Notes under the pieces: model-generated
What the model was told of the DNA's origin: nothing
The model's input: the letters and a program-made list of their open reading frames with translations, nothing else
The model's database searches: none
In this document: positions 1-13,000 of the stretch, one piece after another
How the letters are laid out: the number at the start of each line of letters is the position of its first letter
How positions within the stretch are numbered: position 1 is the first letter of the stretch
DNA from: Utricularia gibba
Lineage: Eukaryota > Plantae > Magnoliophyta
Assembly (NCBI GenBank): GCA_002189035.1
Contig: NEEC01000502.1
Span: 1-25,628, forward strand
DNA: 25,628 nucleotides
Reading direction: 5' to 3'
Made by a program: the position numbers and the translations under genes

Positions 1-3000
1 CGGGTGATGTCGTTGTGAACTTCGTTCTGACCCAAGGTTCGGTCTGACTCCTTTGCCACATCGGGTCTACTCGACGAAAATCGTGATGCACTTATTGAAG
101 TTAGGATGTCATGAGCACCAAAATGGTTTTCTCAACCGCATGCTTTATATCTGAGGAGGCGCTCTCGTGGGGCAACGGTATCGAGAAGGAGGTCGAGTCG
201 AGCTCGGCCCATAGTCATTTGTGCTCGGCAAAAACTTGATGCATTTCTTAACGTTGGGTTTTAATTGGCTGCCTACATGGTTTCTCAAGGAAAAGCTTGT
301 CGTTTTGGGCGGGTGATGTCGTTGTGAACTTCGTTCTGACCCAAGGTTCCTTTGCCACATCGGGTCCTACTCGACGAAAATCGTGCTGCACTTATTGAAG
401 TTAGGATGTCATGACACCCAAAATGGTTTTCTCAACCGCATGCTTTATATCTGAGGAGGCGCTCTCGGGGGCAACGGTATCGAGAAGGAGGTCGAGTCGA
501 GCTCGGGCCCATAGTCATTTGTGCTCGGCAAAAAACTTGATGCATTTCTTAACGTTGGGTTTTAATTGCTGCCTACATGGTTTCTCAAGGAAAGCTTGTC
601 GTTTTTGGGCGGGTGATGTCGTTGTGAACTTCGTTCTGACCCAAGGTTCGGTCTGACTCCTTTGCCACATCGGGTCTACTCGACGAAATCGTGCTGCACT
701 TATTGAAGTTAGGATGTCATGAGCACAAAATGGTTTTCTCAACCGCATGCTTTATATCTGAGGAGGCTTCTCGTGGGGCAACGGTATCGAGAAGGAGGTC
801 GAGTCGAGCTCGGCCCATAGTCATTTGTGCTCGGCAAAAAACTTGATGCATTTCTTAACGTTGGGTTTTAATTGGCTGCCTACATGGTTTCTCAAGGAAA
901 AGCTTGTCGTTTTTGGGCGGGTGATGTCGGTGAACTTCGTTCTGACCCAAGGTTCTTTGCCACATCGGGTCCTACTCGACGAAAATCGTGATGCACTTAT
1001 TGAAGTTAGGATGTCATAGCACCCAAAATGGTTTTCTCAACCGCATGCTTTATATCTGAGGAGGCTCGTGGGGCAACGGTATCGAGAAGGAGTCGAGTCG
1101 AGCTCGGCCCATAGTCATTTGTGGCTCGGCAAAAAACTTGATGCATTTCTTAACGTTGGGTTTTAATTGGCTGCCTACATGGTTTCTCAAGGAAAGCTTG
1201 TCGTTTTATGATGTCGTTGTGAACTTCGTTCTGACGGGCCACATCGGGTCCTACTCGACGAAAATCGTGCTGCACTTATTGAAGTTAGGATGTCATGAGC
1301 TGGTTTTCTCAACCGCATGCGTCTTATCGAGAAGGAGGTCGAGTCGAATAGAAAAAAACTTGATGCATTTCTTAACGTTGGGTTTTAATTGGCTGCCTAC
1401 ATGGTTTCTCACTGTCGTTTTTGAATGTCGTTGTGAACTTCGTTTGACCCAAGGTTGCCACATCGGGTCTACTCGACGAAAATCGTTGCACTTATTGAAG
1501 TTAGGATGTCATAGCACCCAAAATGGTTTTCTCAACCGCATGCTGAGGAGGCAACGGTATCCGAGTCGAGCTTAGTCATTTGTGGCTCGGCAAAAAACTT
1601 GATGCATTTCTTAACGTTGGGTTTAATTGGCTGCCTACATGGTTTCTCAAGGAAAAGCTTGTCGTATGTCGTTGTGAACTTCGTTTGACCCAAGGTTCGC
1701 TTTTGGGGTCTATCGTGCTGCACTCATTGGTGCATGCGAGAACGGTATCGTCGAGTCGAGCTTAGTCATTTGTGCTCGGCAAAACTTGATGCATTTCTTA
1801 ACGTTGGGTTTTAATTGGCTGCCTACATGGTTTTCAAGGAAAAGCTTGTCGTTTTTGGGCGGGTGATGTCGTTGTGAACTTCGTTCTGACCCAAGGTTCA
1901 ACATCGGGTCCTACTCGACGAAAAACTTATTGAAGTTAGGATGTCCCCAAAATGGTTTTCTCAACCGCATGCTTATATCTGAGGAGGCGCTCTCGTGGGG
2001 CAACGGTATCGAGAAGGAGGTCGAGTCGAGCTCGGGCCCATAGTCATTTGTGGCTCGGCAAAAAACTTGATGCATTTCTTAACGTTGGGTTTAATTGGCT
2101 GCCTACATGGTTTCTCAAGGAAAAGCTTGTCGTTTTGGGCGGTGATGTCGTTGTGAACTTCGTTCTGACCCAAGGTTCGGTCTGACTCCTTTCCACATCG
2201 GGTCCTACTCGACGAAATCGTGATGCACTTATTGAAGTTAGGATGTCATAAGCACCCAAAATGGTTTTCTCAACCGCATGCTTTATATCTGAGGAGGCGC
2301 TCTCGTGGGGCAACGGTATCGAAAGGAGGTCGAGTCGAGCTCGCCCATAGTCATTTGTAGCTCGGCAAAAAACTTGATGCATTTCTTAACGTTGGGTTTT
2401 AATTGGCTGCCTACATGGTTTCTCAAGGAAAAGCTTGTCGTTTTTGGGCGGGTGATGTCGTTGTGAACTTCGTTCTGACCCAAGGTTCGGTCTGACTCCT
2501 TTGCCACATCGGGTCCTACTCGACGAAATCGTGATGCACTTATTGAAGTTAGGATGTCATGAGCACCCAAAATGGTTTTCTCAACCGCATGCTTTATATC
2601 TGAGGAGGCGCTCTCGTGGGGCAACGGTATCGAGAAGGAGGTCGAGTCGATAGTCATTTGTGCTCGGCAAAAAACTTGATGCATTTCTTAACGTTGGGTT
2701 TTAATTGGCTGCCTACATGGTTTCTCAAGGAAAAGCTTGTCGTTTTTGGGCGGGTGATGTCGTTGTGAACTTCGTTCTGACCCAAGGTTCACATCGGGTC
2801 TACTCGACGAAAATCGTGTGCACTTATTGAAGTTAGGATGTCATAGCACCCAAAATGGTTTTCTCAACCGCATGCTTTAGAGGAGCGCTCTCGTGGGGCA
2901 ACGGTATCGAGAAGGAGGTCGAGTCGAGCTCGGGCCCATAGTCATTTGTGGCTCGGCAAAAAACTTGATGCATTTCTTAACGTTGGGTTTTAATTGGCTG

Positions 3001-6000
3001 CCTACATGGTTTCTCAAGGAAAAGCTTGTCGTTTTTGGCGGTGATGTCGTTGTGAACTTCGTTCTGACCCAAGGACATCGGGTCTACTCGACGAAAATCG
3101 TGATGCACTTATTGAAGTTAGGATGTCATCACCCAAATGGTTTCTCAACCGCATGCTTGGAGGCGCTCTCGTGGGGCAACGGTATCGAGAAGGAGGTCGA
3201 GTCGAGCTTCATTTGTGCTCGCAAAAAACTTGATGCATTTCTTAACGTTGGGTTTTAATTGCTGCCTACATGGTTTCTCAAGGAAATTGTCGTTTTTGGG
3301 CGGGGATGTCGTTGTGAACTTCGTTCTGACCAAGGTTCGCCACATCGGGTCTACTCGACGAAATCGTGTTATTGAAGTTAGGCATGGCACCCAAAATGGT
3401 TTTCTCAACCGCATGCTTTATATTGAGGAGGCGCTCTCGTGGGGCAACGGTATCGAGAAGGGTCGAGTCGAGCTCGGGCCCATAGTCATTTGTGGCTCGG
3501 CAAAAAACTTGATGCATTTCTTAACGTTGGGTTTAATTGGCTGCCTACATGGTTCTCAAGGAAAAGCTTGTCGTTTTGGGGCGGTGATGTCGTTGTGAAC
3601 TTCGTTCTGACCAAGTTCGGTCTGACTCCTTTGCCACATCGGGTCCTACTCGCGAAAATCGTGATGCACTTATTGAAGTTAGGATGTCATAAGCACCCAA
3701 AATGAACGCATGCTTTATATCTGAGGAGGCGCTCTCGTGGGGCAACGGTATCTCGAGTCGAGCTCGGGCCCATAGTCTTTGTCTCGGCAAAAACTTGATG
3801 CATTTCTTAACGTTGGGTTTTAATTGGCTGCCTACATGGTTTCTCAAGGAAAAGCTTGTCGTTTTTGGGCGGGTGATGTCGTTGTGAACTTCGTTCTGAC
3901 CCAAGGTTCGGTCTGAACATCGGGTCCTACTCGACGAAAATCGTGTGCACTTATTGAAGTTAGGATGTCATGAGCACCCAATGGTTTTTCAACCGCATGC
4001 TTTATATCTGAGGAGGCGCTCTCGTGGGGCAACGGTATCGAGAAGGAGTCGAGTCGAGCTCGGGCCATAGTCATTTGTGCTCGGCAAAAAACTTGATGCA
4101 TTTCTTAACGTTGGGTTTTAATTGGCTGCCTACATGGTTTCTCAAGGAAAAGCTTGTCGTTTTTGGCGGGTGATGTCGTTTGTGAACTTCGTTCTGACCC
4201 AAGGTTGCCACATCGGGTCCTACTCGACGAAAATCGTGCTGCACTTATTGAAGTTAGGATGTCATTGGTTTTCTCAACCGCATGCTTTATATCTGAGGAG
4301 GCGCTCTCGTGGGCAACGGTATCGAGAAGGAGGTCGAGTCGAGCTCGGGCCCATAGTCATTTGTGGCTCGGCAAAAAACTTGATGCATTTCTTAACGTTG
4401 GGTTTTAATTGGCTGCCTACATGGTTTCTCAAGGAAAAGCTTGTCGTTTTTGGGCGGGTGATGTCGTTGTGAACTTCGTTCTGACCCAAGGTTCCTGACT
4501 CCTTTGCCACATCGGGTCCTACTCGACGAAATCGTGCTGCACTTATTGAAGTTAGGATGTCATGAGCACCCAAAATGGTTTTCTCAACCGCATGCTTTAT
4601 ATCTGAGGAGGCGCTCTCGTGGGGCAACGGTATCGAGAAGGAGGTCGAGTCGAGCTCGGGCCATAGTCATTTGTGCTCGGCAAAAAACTTGATGCATTTC
4701 TTAACGTTGGGTTTTAATTGGCTGCCTACATGGTTTCTCAAGGAAAAGCTTGTCGTTTTTGGGCGGGTGATGTCGTTGTGAACTTCGTTCTGACCCAAGG
4801 ACATCGGGTCTACTCGACGAAAATCGTGCTGCACTTATTGAAGTTAGGATGTCATGAGCACCCAAAATGGTTTTCTCAACCGCATGCTTTATATCTGAGG
4901 AGGCGCTCTCGTGGGCAACGGTATCGAGAAGGAGGTCGAGTCGAGCTCGGGCCCATAGTCATTTGTGCTCGGCAAAAAACTTGATGCATTTCTTAACGTT
5001 GGGTTTTAATTGGCTGCCTACATGGTTTCTCAAGGAAAAGCTTGTCGTTTTTGGGCGGTGATGTCGTTGTGAACTTCGTTCTGACCAAGGTTCTTTGCCA
5101 CATCGGGTCCTACTCGACGAAAATCGTGCTGCACTTATTGAAGTTAGGATGTCATAGCACCAAAATGGTTTTCTCAACCGCATGCTTTATATCTGAGGAG
5201 GCGCTCTCGTGGGGCAACGGTATCGAGAAGGAGGTCGAGTCGAGCTCGGGCCCATAGTCATTTGTTCGGCAAAAACTTGATGCATTTCTTAACGTTGGGT
5301 TTTAATTGGCTGCCTACATGGTTTCTCAAGGAAGCTTGTCGTTTTGGGCGGTGATGTCGTTGTGAACTTCGTTCTGACCCAAGTTCGGTCTGACTCCTTT
5401 CCACATCGGTCCTACTCGACGAAAATCGTGATGCACTTATTGAAGTTAGGATGTCATGAGCACCCAAAATGGTTTTCTCAACCGCATGCTTTATATCTGA
5501 GGAGGCGCTCTCGTGGGCAACGGTATCGAGAAGGAGGTCGAGTCGAGCTCGGGCCCATAGTCATTTGTGCTCGGCAAAAAACTTGATGCATTTCTTAACG
5601 TTGGGTTTTAATTGGCTGCCTACATGGTTTCTCAGGAAAAGCTTGTCGTTTTTGGGCGGGTGATGTCGTTGTGAACTTCGTTCTGACCCAAGGTTCCTTT
5701 TGCCACATCGGGTCCTACTCGACGAAAATCGTGCTGCACTTATTGAAGTTAGGATGTCATGAGCACCCAAAATGGTTTTTCTCAACGCATGCTTTATATC
5801 TGAGGAGGCGCTCTCGTGGGCAACGGTATCGAGAAGGATCGAGTCGAGCTCGGGCCCATAGTCATTTGTGCTCGGCAAAAAACTTGATGCATTTCTTAAC
5901 GTTGGGTTTTAATTGGCTGCCTACATGGTTTCTCAAGGAAAAGCTTGTCGTTTTTGGGGGTGATGTCGTTGTGAACTTCGTTCTGACCAGGTTCGGTCTG

Positions 6001-9000
6001 ACTCCTTTGTCGGTCCTACTCGACGAAAATCGTGATGCACTTATTGAAGTTAGGATGTCATAGCACCCAAAATGGTTTTCTCAACCGCATGCTTTATATC
6101 TGAGGAGGCGCTCTCGTGAACGGTATCGAGAAGGAGGTCGAGTCGAGCTCGGCCCATAGTCATTTGTGGCTCGGCAAAAAACTTGATGCATTTCTTAACG
6201 TTGGGTTTTAATTGGCTGCCTACATGGTTTCTCAAGGAAAAGCTTGTCGTTTTTGGGCGGGTGATGTCTTGTGAACTTCGTTCTGACCCAAGGTTCGGTC
6301 TGACTCCTTTGCCACATCGGGTCCTACTCGACGAAAATCGTGCTGCACTTATTGAAGTTAGGATGTCATGAGCACCCAAAATGGTTTTCTCAACCGCATG
6401 CTTTATATCTGACGCTCTCGTGGGGCAACGGTATCGAGAAGGAGGTCGAGTCGAGCTCGGCCCATAGTCATTTGTGCTCGGCAAAAAACTTGATGCATTT
6501 CTTAACGTTGGGTTTTAATTGGCTGCCTACATGGTTTCTCAAGGAAAAGCTTGTCGTTTTTGGCGGGTGATGTCGTTGTGAACTTCGTTCTGACCAAACA
6601 TCGGGTCTACTCGACGAAAATCGTGCTGCACTTATTGAAGTTAGCACCCAAAATGGTTTTCTCAACCGCATGCTTTATATCTGAGGAGGCGCTCTCGTGG
6701 GGCAACGGTATCGAGAAGGAGGTCGAGTCGAGCTCGGGCCCATAGTCATTTGTGGCTCGGCAAAAAACTTGATGCATTTCTTAACGTTGGTTTTAATTGG
6801 CTGCCTACATGGTTTCTCAAGGAAAAGCTTGTCGTTTTGGGCGGGTGATGTCGTTGTGAACTTCGTTCTGACCCAAGGTTCGGTCTGACTCCTTTGCCAC
6901 ATCGGGTCCTACTCGACGAAAATCGTGATGCACTTATTGAAGTTAGGATGTCATAGCACCCAAAATGGTTTTCTCAACCGCATGCTTTATATCTGAGGAG
7001 GCGCTCTCGTGGGGCAACGGTATCGAGAAGGAGGTCGAGTCGAGCTCGGGCCCATAGTCATTTGTGCTCGGCAAAAAACTTGATGCATTTTAACGTTGGG
7101 TTTTAATTGGCTGCCTACATGGTTTCTCAAGGAAAAGCTTGTCGTTTTTGGGCGGGATGTCGTTGTGAACTTCGTTCTGACCCAAGGTTCGGTCTGACTC
7201 CTTTGCCACATCGGGTCCTACTCGACGAAATCGTGCTGCACTTATTGAAGTTAGGATGTCATGAGCACCCAAAATGGTTTTCTCAACCGCATGCTTTATA
7301 TCTTCTCTCGTGGCAACGGTATCGTCGAGTCGAGCTCGGGCCCATACTCGGCAAAAACTTGATGCATTTCTTAACGTTGGTTTTAATTGGCTGCCTACAT
7401 GGTTTCTCAAGGAAAGCTTGTCGTTTTTGGGCGGGTGATGTTTGTGACTTCGTTCTGACCAAGTTACATCGGACTCGACGAAAATCGTGGCACTTATTGA
7501 AGTTAGGATGTCATAGCACCCAAAATGGTTTTCTCAACCGCATGCTTTTATCTGAGGAGGCGCTCTCGTGGGGCAACGGTTCGAGTCGAGCTCGGCCCAT
7601 AGTCATTTGTGCTCGGCAAAAAACTTGATGCATTTCTTAACGTTGGGTTTTAATTGGCTGCCTACATGGTTTCTCAAGGAAAAGCTTGTCGTTTTTGGGC
7701 GGGTGATGTCGTTGTGAACTTCGTTTACATCGGTCCTACTCGACTCGTGCTGCACTTATTGAAGTTAGGATGTCATGAGCACCCAAAATGGTTTTCTCAA
7801 CCGCATGCTTTATATCTGAGGAGGCGCTCTCGTGGGGCAACGTATCGAGAAGGAGGTCGAGTCGAGCTCGGGCCCATAGTCATTTGTGGCTCGGCAAAAA
7901 ACTTGATGCATTTCTTAACGTTGGGTTTTAATTGGCTGCCTACATGGTTTCTCAAGGAAAAGCTTGTCGTTTTGGGCTGGTGATGTCGTTGTGAACTTCG
8001 TTCTGACCCAAGGTTCGGTCTGACTCCTTTGCCACATCGGGTCCTACTCGACGAAAATCGTGATGCACTTATTGAAGTTAGGATGTCATAAGCACCCAAA
8101 ATGGTTTTCTCAACCGCATGCTTTATATCTGAGGAGGCGCTCTCGTGGGGCAACGGTATCGAGAAGGAGGTCGAGTCGAGCTCGGGCCCATAGTCATTTG
8201 TAGCTCGGCAAAAAACTTGATGCATTTCTTAACGTTGGGTTTTAATTGGCTGCCTACATGGTTTCTCAAGGAAAAGCTTGTCGTTTTTGGGCGGTGATGT
8301 CGTTGTGAACTTCGTTCTGACCCAAGGTATCGGGTCCTACTCGACGAAAATCGTGTGCACTTATTGAAGTTAGGATGTCATGAGCACCCAAAATGGTTTT
8401 CTCAACCGCATGCTTTATATCTGAGGAGGCGCTCTCGTGGGGCAACGGTATCGAGAAGGAGGTCGAGTCGAGCTCGGGCCATAGTCATTTGTGGCTCGGC
8501 AAAAAACTTGATGCATTTCTTAACGTTGGTTTTAATTGGCTGCCTACATGGTTTCTCAAGGAAAAGCTTGTCGTTTTTGGGCGGTGATGTCGTTGTGAAC
8601 TTCGTTCTGACCCAAGGTTCGGTCTGACTCCTTTGCCACATCGGGTCCTACTCGACGAAAATCGTTGCACTTATTGAAGTTAGGATGTCATAGCACCAAA
8701 ATGGTTTTCTCAACCGCATGCTTTATATTTGACGCTCTCGTGGGGCAACGGTATCGAGAGGTGGTCGAGTCGAGCTCGGGCCATAGTCATTTGTGGCTCG
8801 GCAAAAAAACTTGATGCATTTCTTAACGTTGGGTTTTAATTGGCTGCCTACATGGTTTCTCAAGGAAAAGCTTGTCGTTTTTGGGCGGTGATGTCGTTGT
8901 GAACTTCGTTCTGACCCAAGGTTCGGTCTGACTCCTTTGCCACATCGGGTCCTACTCGACGAAAATCGTGATGCACTTATTGAAGTTAGGATGTCATGAG

Positions 9001-10078
9001 CACCCAAAATGGTTTTCTCAACCGCATGCTTTATATCTGAGGAGGCGCTCTCGTGGGGCAACGGTATCGAGAAGGAGGTCGAGTCGAGCTCGGGCCCATA
9101 GTCATTTGTGCTCGGCAAAAAACTTGATGCATTTCTAAACGTTGGGTTTTAATTGGCTGCCTACATGGTTTCTCAAGGAAAAGCTTGTCGTTTTTGGGCG
9201 GGTGATGTCGTTGTGACTTCGTTCTGACCAAGGACATCGGGTCCACTCGACGAAAATCGTGTGCACTTATTGAAGTTAGGATGTCATAGCACCCAAATGG
9301 TTTTCTCAACCGCATGCTTTATATCTGAGGAGGCGCTCTCGTGGGGCAACGGTATCGAGAAGGAGGTCGAGTCGAGCTCGGCCCATAGTCATTTGTGGCT
9401 CGGCAAAAACTTGATGCATTTCTTAACGTTGGGTTTTAATTGGCTGCCACATGGTTTCTCAAGGAAAAGCTTGTCGTTTTGGGCGGTGATGTCGTTTGAA
9501 CTTCGTTCTGACCCAAGGTTCGGTCTGACTCCTTTACATCGGGTCCTACTCGACGAAAACGTGATGCACTTATTGAAGTTAGGATGTCATAAGCACCCAA
9601 AATGGTTTTCTCAACCGCATGCTTTATATCTGAGGAGGCGCTCTCGTGGGGCAACGGTATCGAGAAGGAGGTCGAGTCGAGCTCGGGCCCATAGTCATTT
9701 GTGCTCGGCAAAAAACTTGATGCATTTCTTAACGTTGGTTTTAATTGGCTGCCTACATGTTTCTCAAGGAAAAGCTTGTCGTTTTTGGCGTGATGTCGTT
9801 GTGAACTTCGTTCTGACCCAAGGACATCGGGTCCTACTCGACGAAAATCGTGCTGCACTTATTGAAGTTAGGATGTCATAAGCACCCAAAATGGTTTTCT
9901 CAACCGCATGCTTTATATTGAGGAGGCGCTCTCGTGGGCAACGGTATCGAGAAGGAGGTCGAGTCGAGCTCGGGCCCATAGTCATTTGTGGCTCGGCAAA
10001 AAACTTGATGCATTTCTTAACGTTGGGTTTTAATTGGCTGCCTACATGGTTTCTCAAGGAAAAGCTTGTCGTTTTTGG
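1..10078. repeat. Array domain 1: CCTTTGCCAC-type monomers, deletion-rich, no clear HOR
   Basis: 35 monomers. Intact copies mostly read CCTTTGCCAC, and GTGCTGCAC and CATGAGCAC are frequent. I saw none of the domain-2/3 markers here (CAAGATTC, GGGTGCTAC, AATAGG, GTGGAC, GGATTCAT, GAGCAGG). Confidence 0.8.
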
Positions 10079-13000
10079 GGGTGATGTCGTTGTGAACTTC
10101 GTTCTGACCCAAGGTTCGGTCTGACTCCTTTTTACATCGGGTCTACTCGACGAAAATCGTGATGCCTTATTGAAGTTAGGATGTCATAAGCACCCAAAAT
10201 GGTTTTCTCAACCGCATGCTTTATATCTTAGGAGGCGCTCTCGTGGGGCAACGGTATCGAGAAGGAGGTCGAGTCGAGCTCGGGCCCATAGTCATTTGTA
10301 GCTCGGCAAAAAACTGATGCATTTATTAACGTTGGGTTTTAATTGGCTGCCTACATGGTTTCTCAAGGAAAAGCTTGTCGTTTTTGGGCGGGTGATGTCG
10401 TTGTGAACTTCGTTCTGACCCAAGGTTCGGTCTGACTCCTTTGCCACATCGGGTCCTACTCGACGAAAATCGTGCTGCACTTATTGAAGTTAGGATGTCA
10501 TGAGCACCCAAAATGGTTTTCTCAACCGCATGCTTTATATTTGATAAGGCGCTCTCGTGGGGCAACGGTATCGAGCAGGTCGAGTCGAGCTCGGGCCCAT
10601 AGTCATTTGTGGCTCGGCAAAAAACTTGATGCATTTCTTAACGTTGGGTTTTAATTGGCTGCCTACATGGTTTCTCAAGGAAAAGCTTGTCGTTTTTGGG
10701 CGGGTGATGTCGTTGTGAACTTCGTTCTGACCCAAGATTTCGGTCTGACTCCTTTTTCCACATCGGGTCTACTCGACGAAAATCGTGATGCACTTATTGA
10801 AGTTAGGATGTCATAAGCACCCAAAATGGTTTTCTCAACCGCATGCTTTATATCTGAGGAGGCGCTCTCGTGGGGCAACGGTATCGAGAAGGAGGTCGAG
10901 TCGAGCTCGGGCCCATAGTCATTTGTGGCTCGGCAAAAAACTTGATGCATTTTTTAACGTTGGGTTTTAATTGGCTGCCTACATGGTTTCTCAATTTTGG
11001 GCGGGTGATGTCGTTGTGAACTTCGTTCTGACCCAAGGTTCGGTCTGACTCCTTTTTCCACATCGGGTCCTACTCGACGAAAATCGTGATGCACTTATTG
11101 AAGTTAGGATGTCATAAGCACCCAAAATGGTTTTCTCAACCGCATGCTTTATATTGAGGAGGCGCTCTCGTGGGGCAACGGTATCGAGCAGGTGGTCGAG
11201 TCGAGCTCGGGCCCATAGTCATTTGTGGCTCGGCAAAAAACTTGATGCATTTCTTAACGTTGGGTTTTAATTGGCTGCCTACATGGTTTCTCAAGGAAAA
11301 GCTTGTCGTTTTTGGGCGGTGATGTCGTTGTGAACTTCGTTCTGACCCAAGGTTCGGTCTGACTCCTTTTTCCACATCGGGTCTACTCGACGAAAATCGT
11401 GATGCACTTATTGAAGTTAGGATTCATAAGCACCCAAAATGGTTTTCTCAACCGCATGCTTTATATCTGAGGAGGCGCTCTCGTGGGGCAACGGTATCGA
11501 GAAGGAGGTCGAGTCGAGCTCGGGCCCATAGTCATTTGTGGCTCGGCAAAAAACTTGATGCATTTCTTAACGTTGGGTTTTAATTGGCTGCCTACATGGT
11601 TTCTCAAGGAAAAGCTTGTCGTTTTTGGGCGGTGATGTCGTTGTGAACTTCGTTCTGACCCAAGGTTCGGTCTGACTCCTTTGCCACATCGGGTCCTACT
11701 CGACGAAATCGTGATGCACTTATTGAAGTTAGGATGTCATAGCACCCAAAATGTTTTTCTCAACCGCATGCTTTATATCTGAGGAGGCGCTCTCGTGGGG
11801 CAACGGTATCGAGAAGGAGGTCGAGTCGAGCTCGGGCCCATAGTCATTTGTAGCTCGGCAAAAAACTGATGCATTTATTAACGTTGGGTTTTAATTGGCT
11901 GCCTACATGGTTTTCAAGGAAAAGCTTGTCGTTTTTGGGCGGGTGATGTCGTTGTGAACTTCGTTCTGACCAAGGTTCGGTCTGACTCCTTTGCCACATC
12001 GGGTCCTACTCGACGAAAATCGTGCTGCACTTATTGAAGTTAGGATGTCATGAGCACCCAAAATGGTTTTCTCAACCGCATGCTTTATATTTGATAAGGC
12101 GCTCTCGTGGGGCAACGGTATCGAGCAGGTTCGAGTCGAGCTCGGGCCCATAGTCATTTGTGGCTCGGCAAAAAACTTGATGCATTTCTTAACGTTGGGT
12201 TTTAATTGGCTGCCTACATGGTTTCTCAAGGAAAAGCTTGTCGTTTTTGGGCGGGTGATGTCGTTGTGAACTTCGTTCTGACCCAAGTTCGGTCTGACTC
12301 CTTTTTCCACATCGGGTCTACTCGACGAAAATCGTGATGCACTTATTGAAGTTAGGATGTCATAAGCACCCAAAATGGTTTTCTCAACCGCATGCTTTAT
12401 ATCTGAGGAGGCGCTCTCGTGGGGCAACGGTATCGAGAAGGAGGTCGAGTCGAGCTCGGGCCCATAGTCATTTGTGGCTCGGCAAAAAACTTGATGTTTT
12501 TTTAACGTTGGGTTTTAATAGGCTGCCTACATGGTTTCTCAAGGAAAAGCTTGTCGTTTTTGGGCGGGTGATGTCGTTGTGACTTCGTTCTGACCCAAGA
12601 TTCGGTCTGACTCCTTTTTCCACATCGGGTCCTACTCGACGAAAATCGTGATGCACTTATTGAAGTTAGGATGTCATAAGCACCCAAAATGGTTTTCTCA
12701 ACCGCATGCTTTATATCTGAGGAGGCGCTCTCGTGGGGCAACGGTATCGAGCAGGGTCGAGTCGAGCTCGGGCCCATAGTCATTTGTGGCTCGGCAAAAA
12801 AACTTGATGCATTTCTTAACGTTGGGTTTTAATTGGCTGCCTACATGGTTTCTCAAGGAAAAGCTTGTCGTTTTTGGGCGGGTGATGTCGTTGTGGACTT
12901 CGTTCTGACCCAAGATTCGGTCTGACTCCTTTTTCCACATCGGGTGCTACTCGACGAAAATCGTGATGCACTTATTGAAGTTAGGATGTCATAAGCACCC

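Noticed and set aside
10290-10420. tRNA/SINE-derived unit (GTAGCTC and GGTTCG resemble A and B boxes)
   Set aside because: There is no cloverleaf, the box spacing is wrong, and GTAGCTC is a minority allele.
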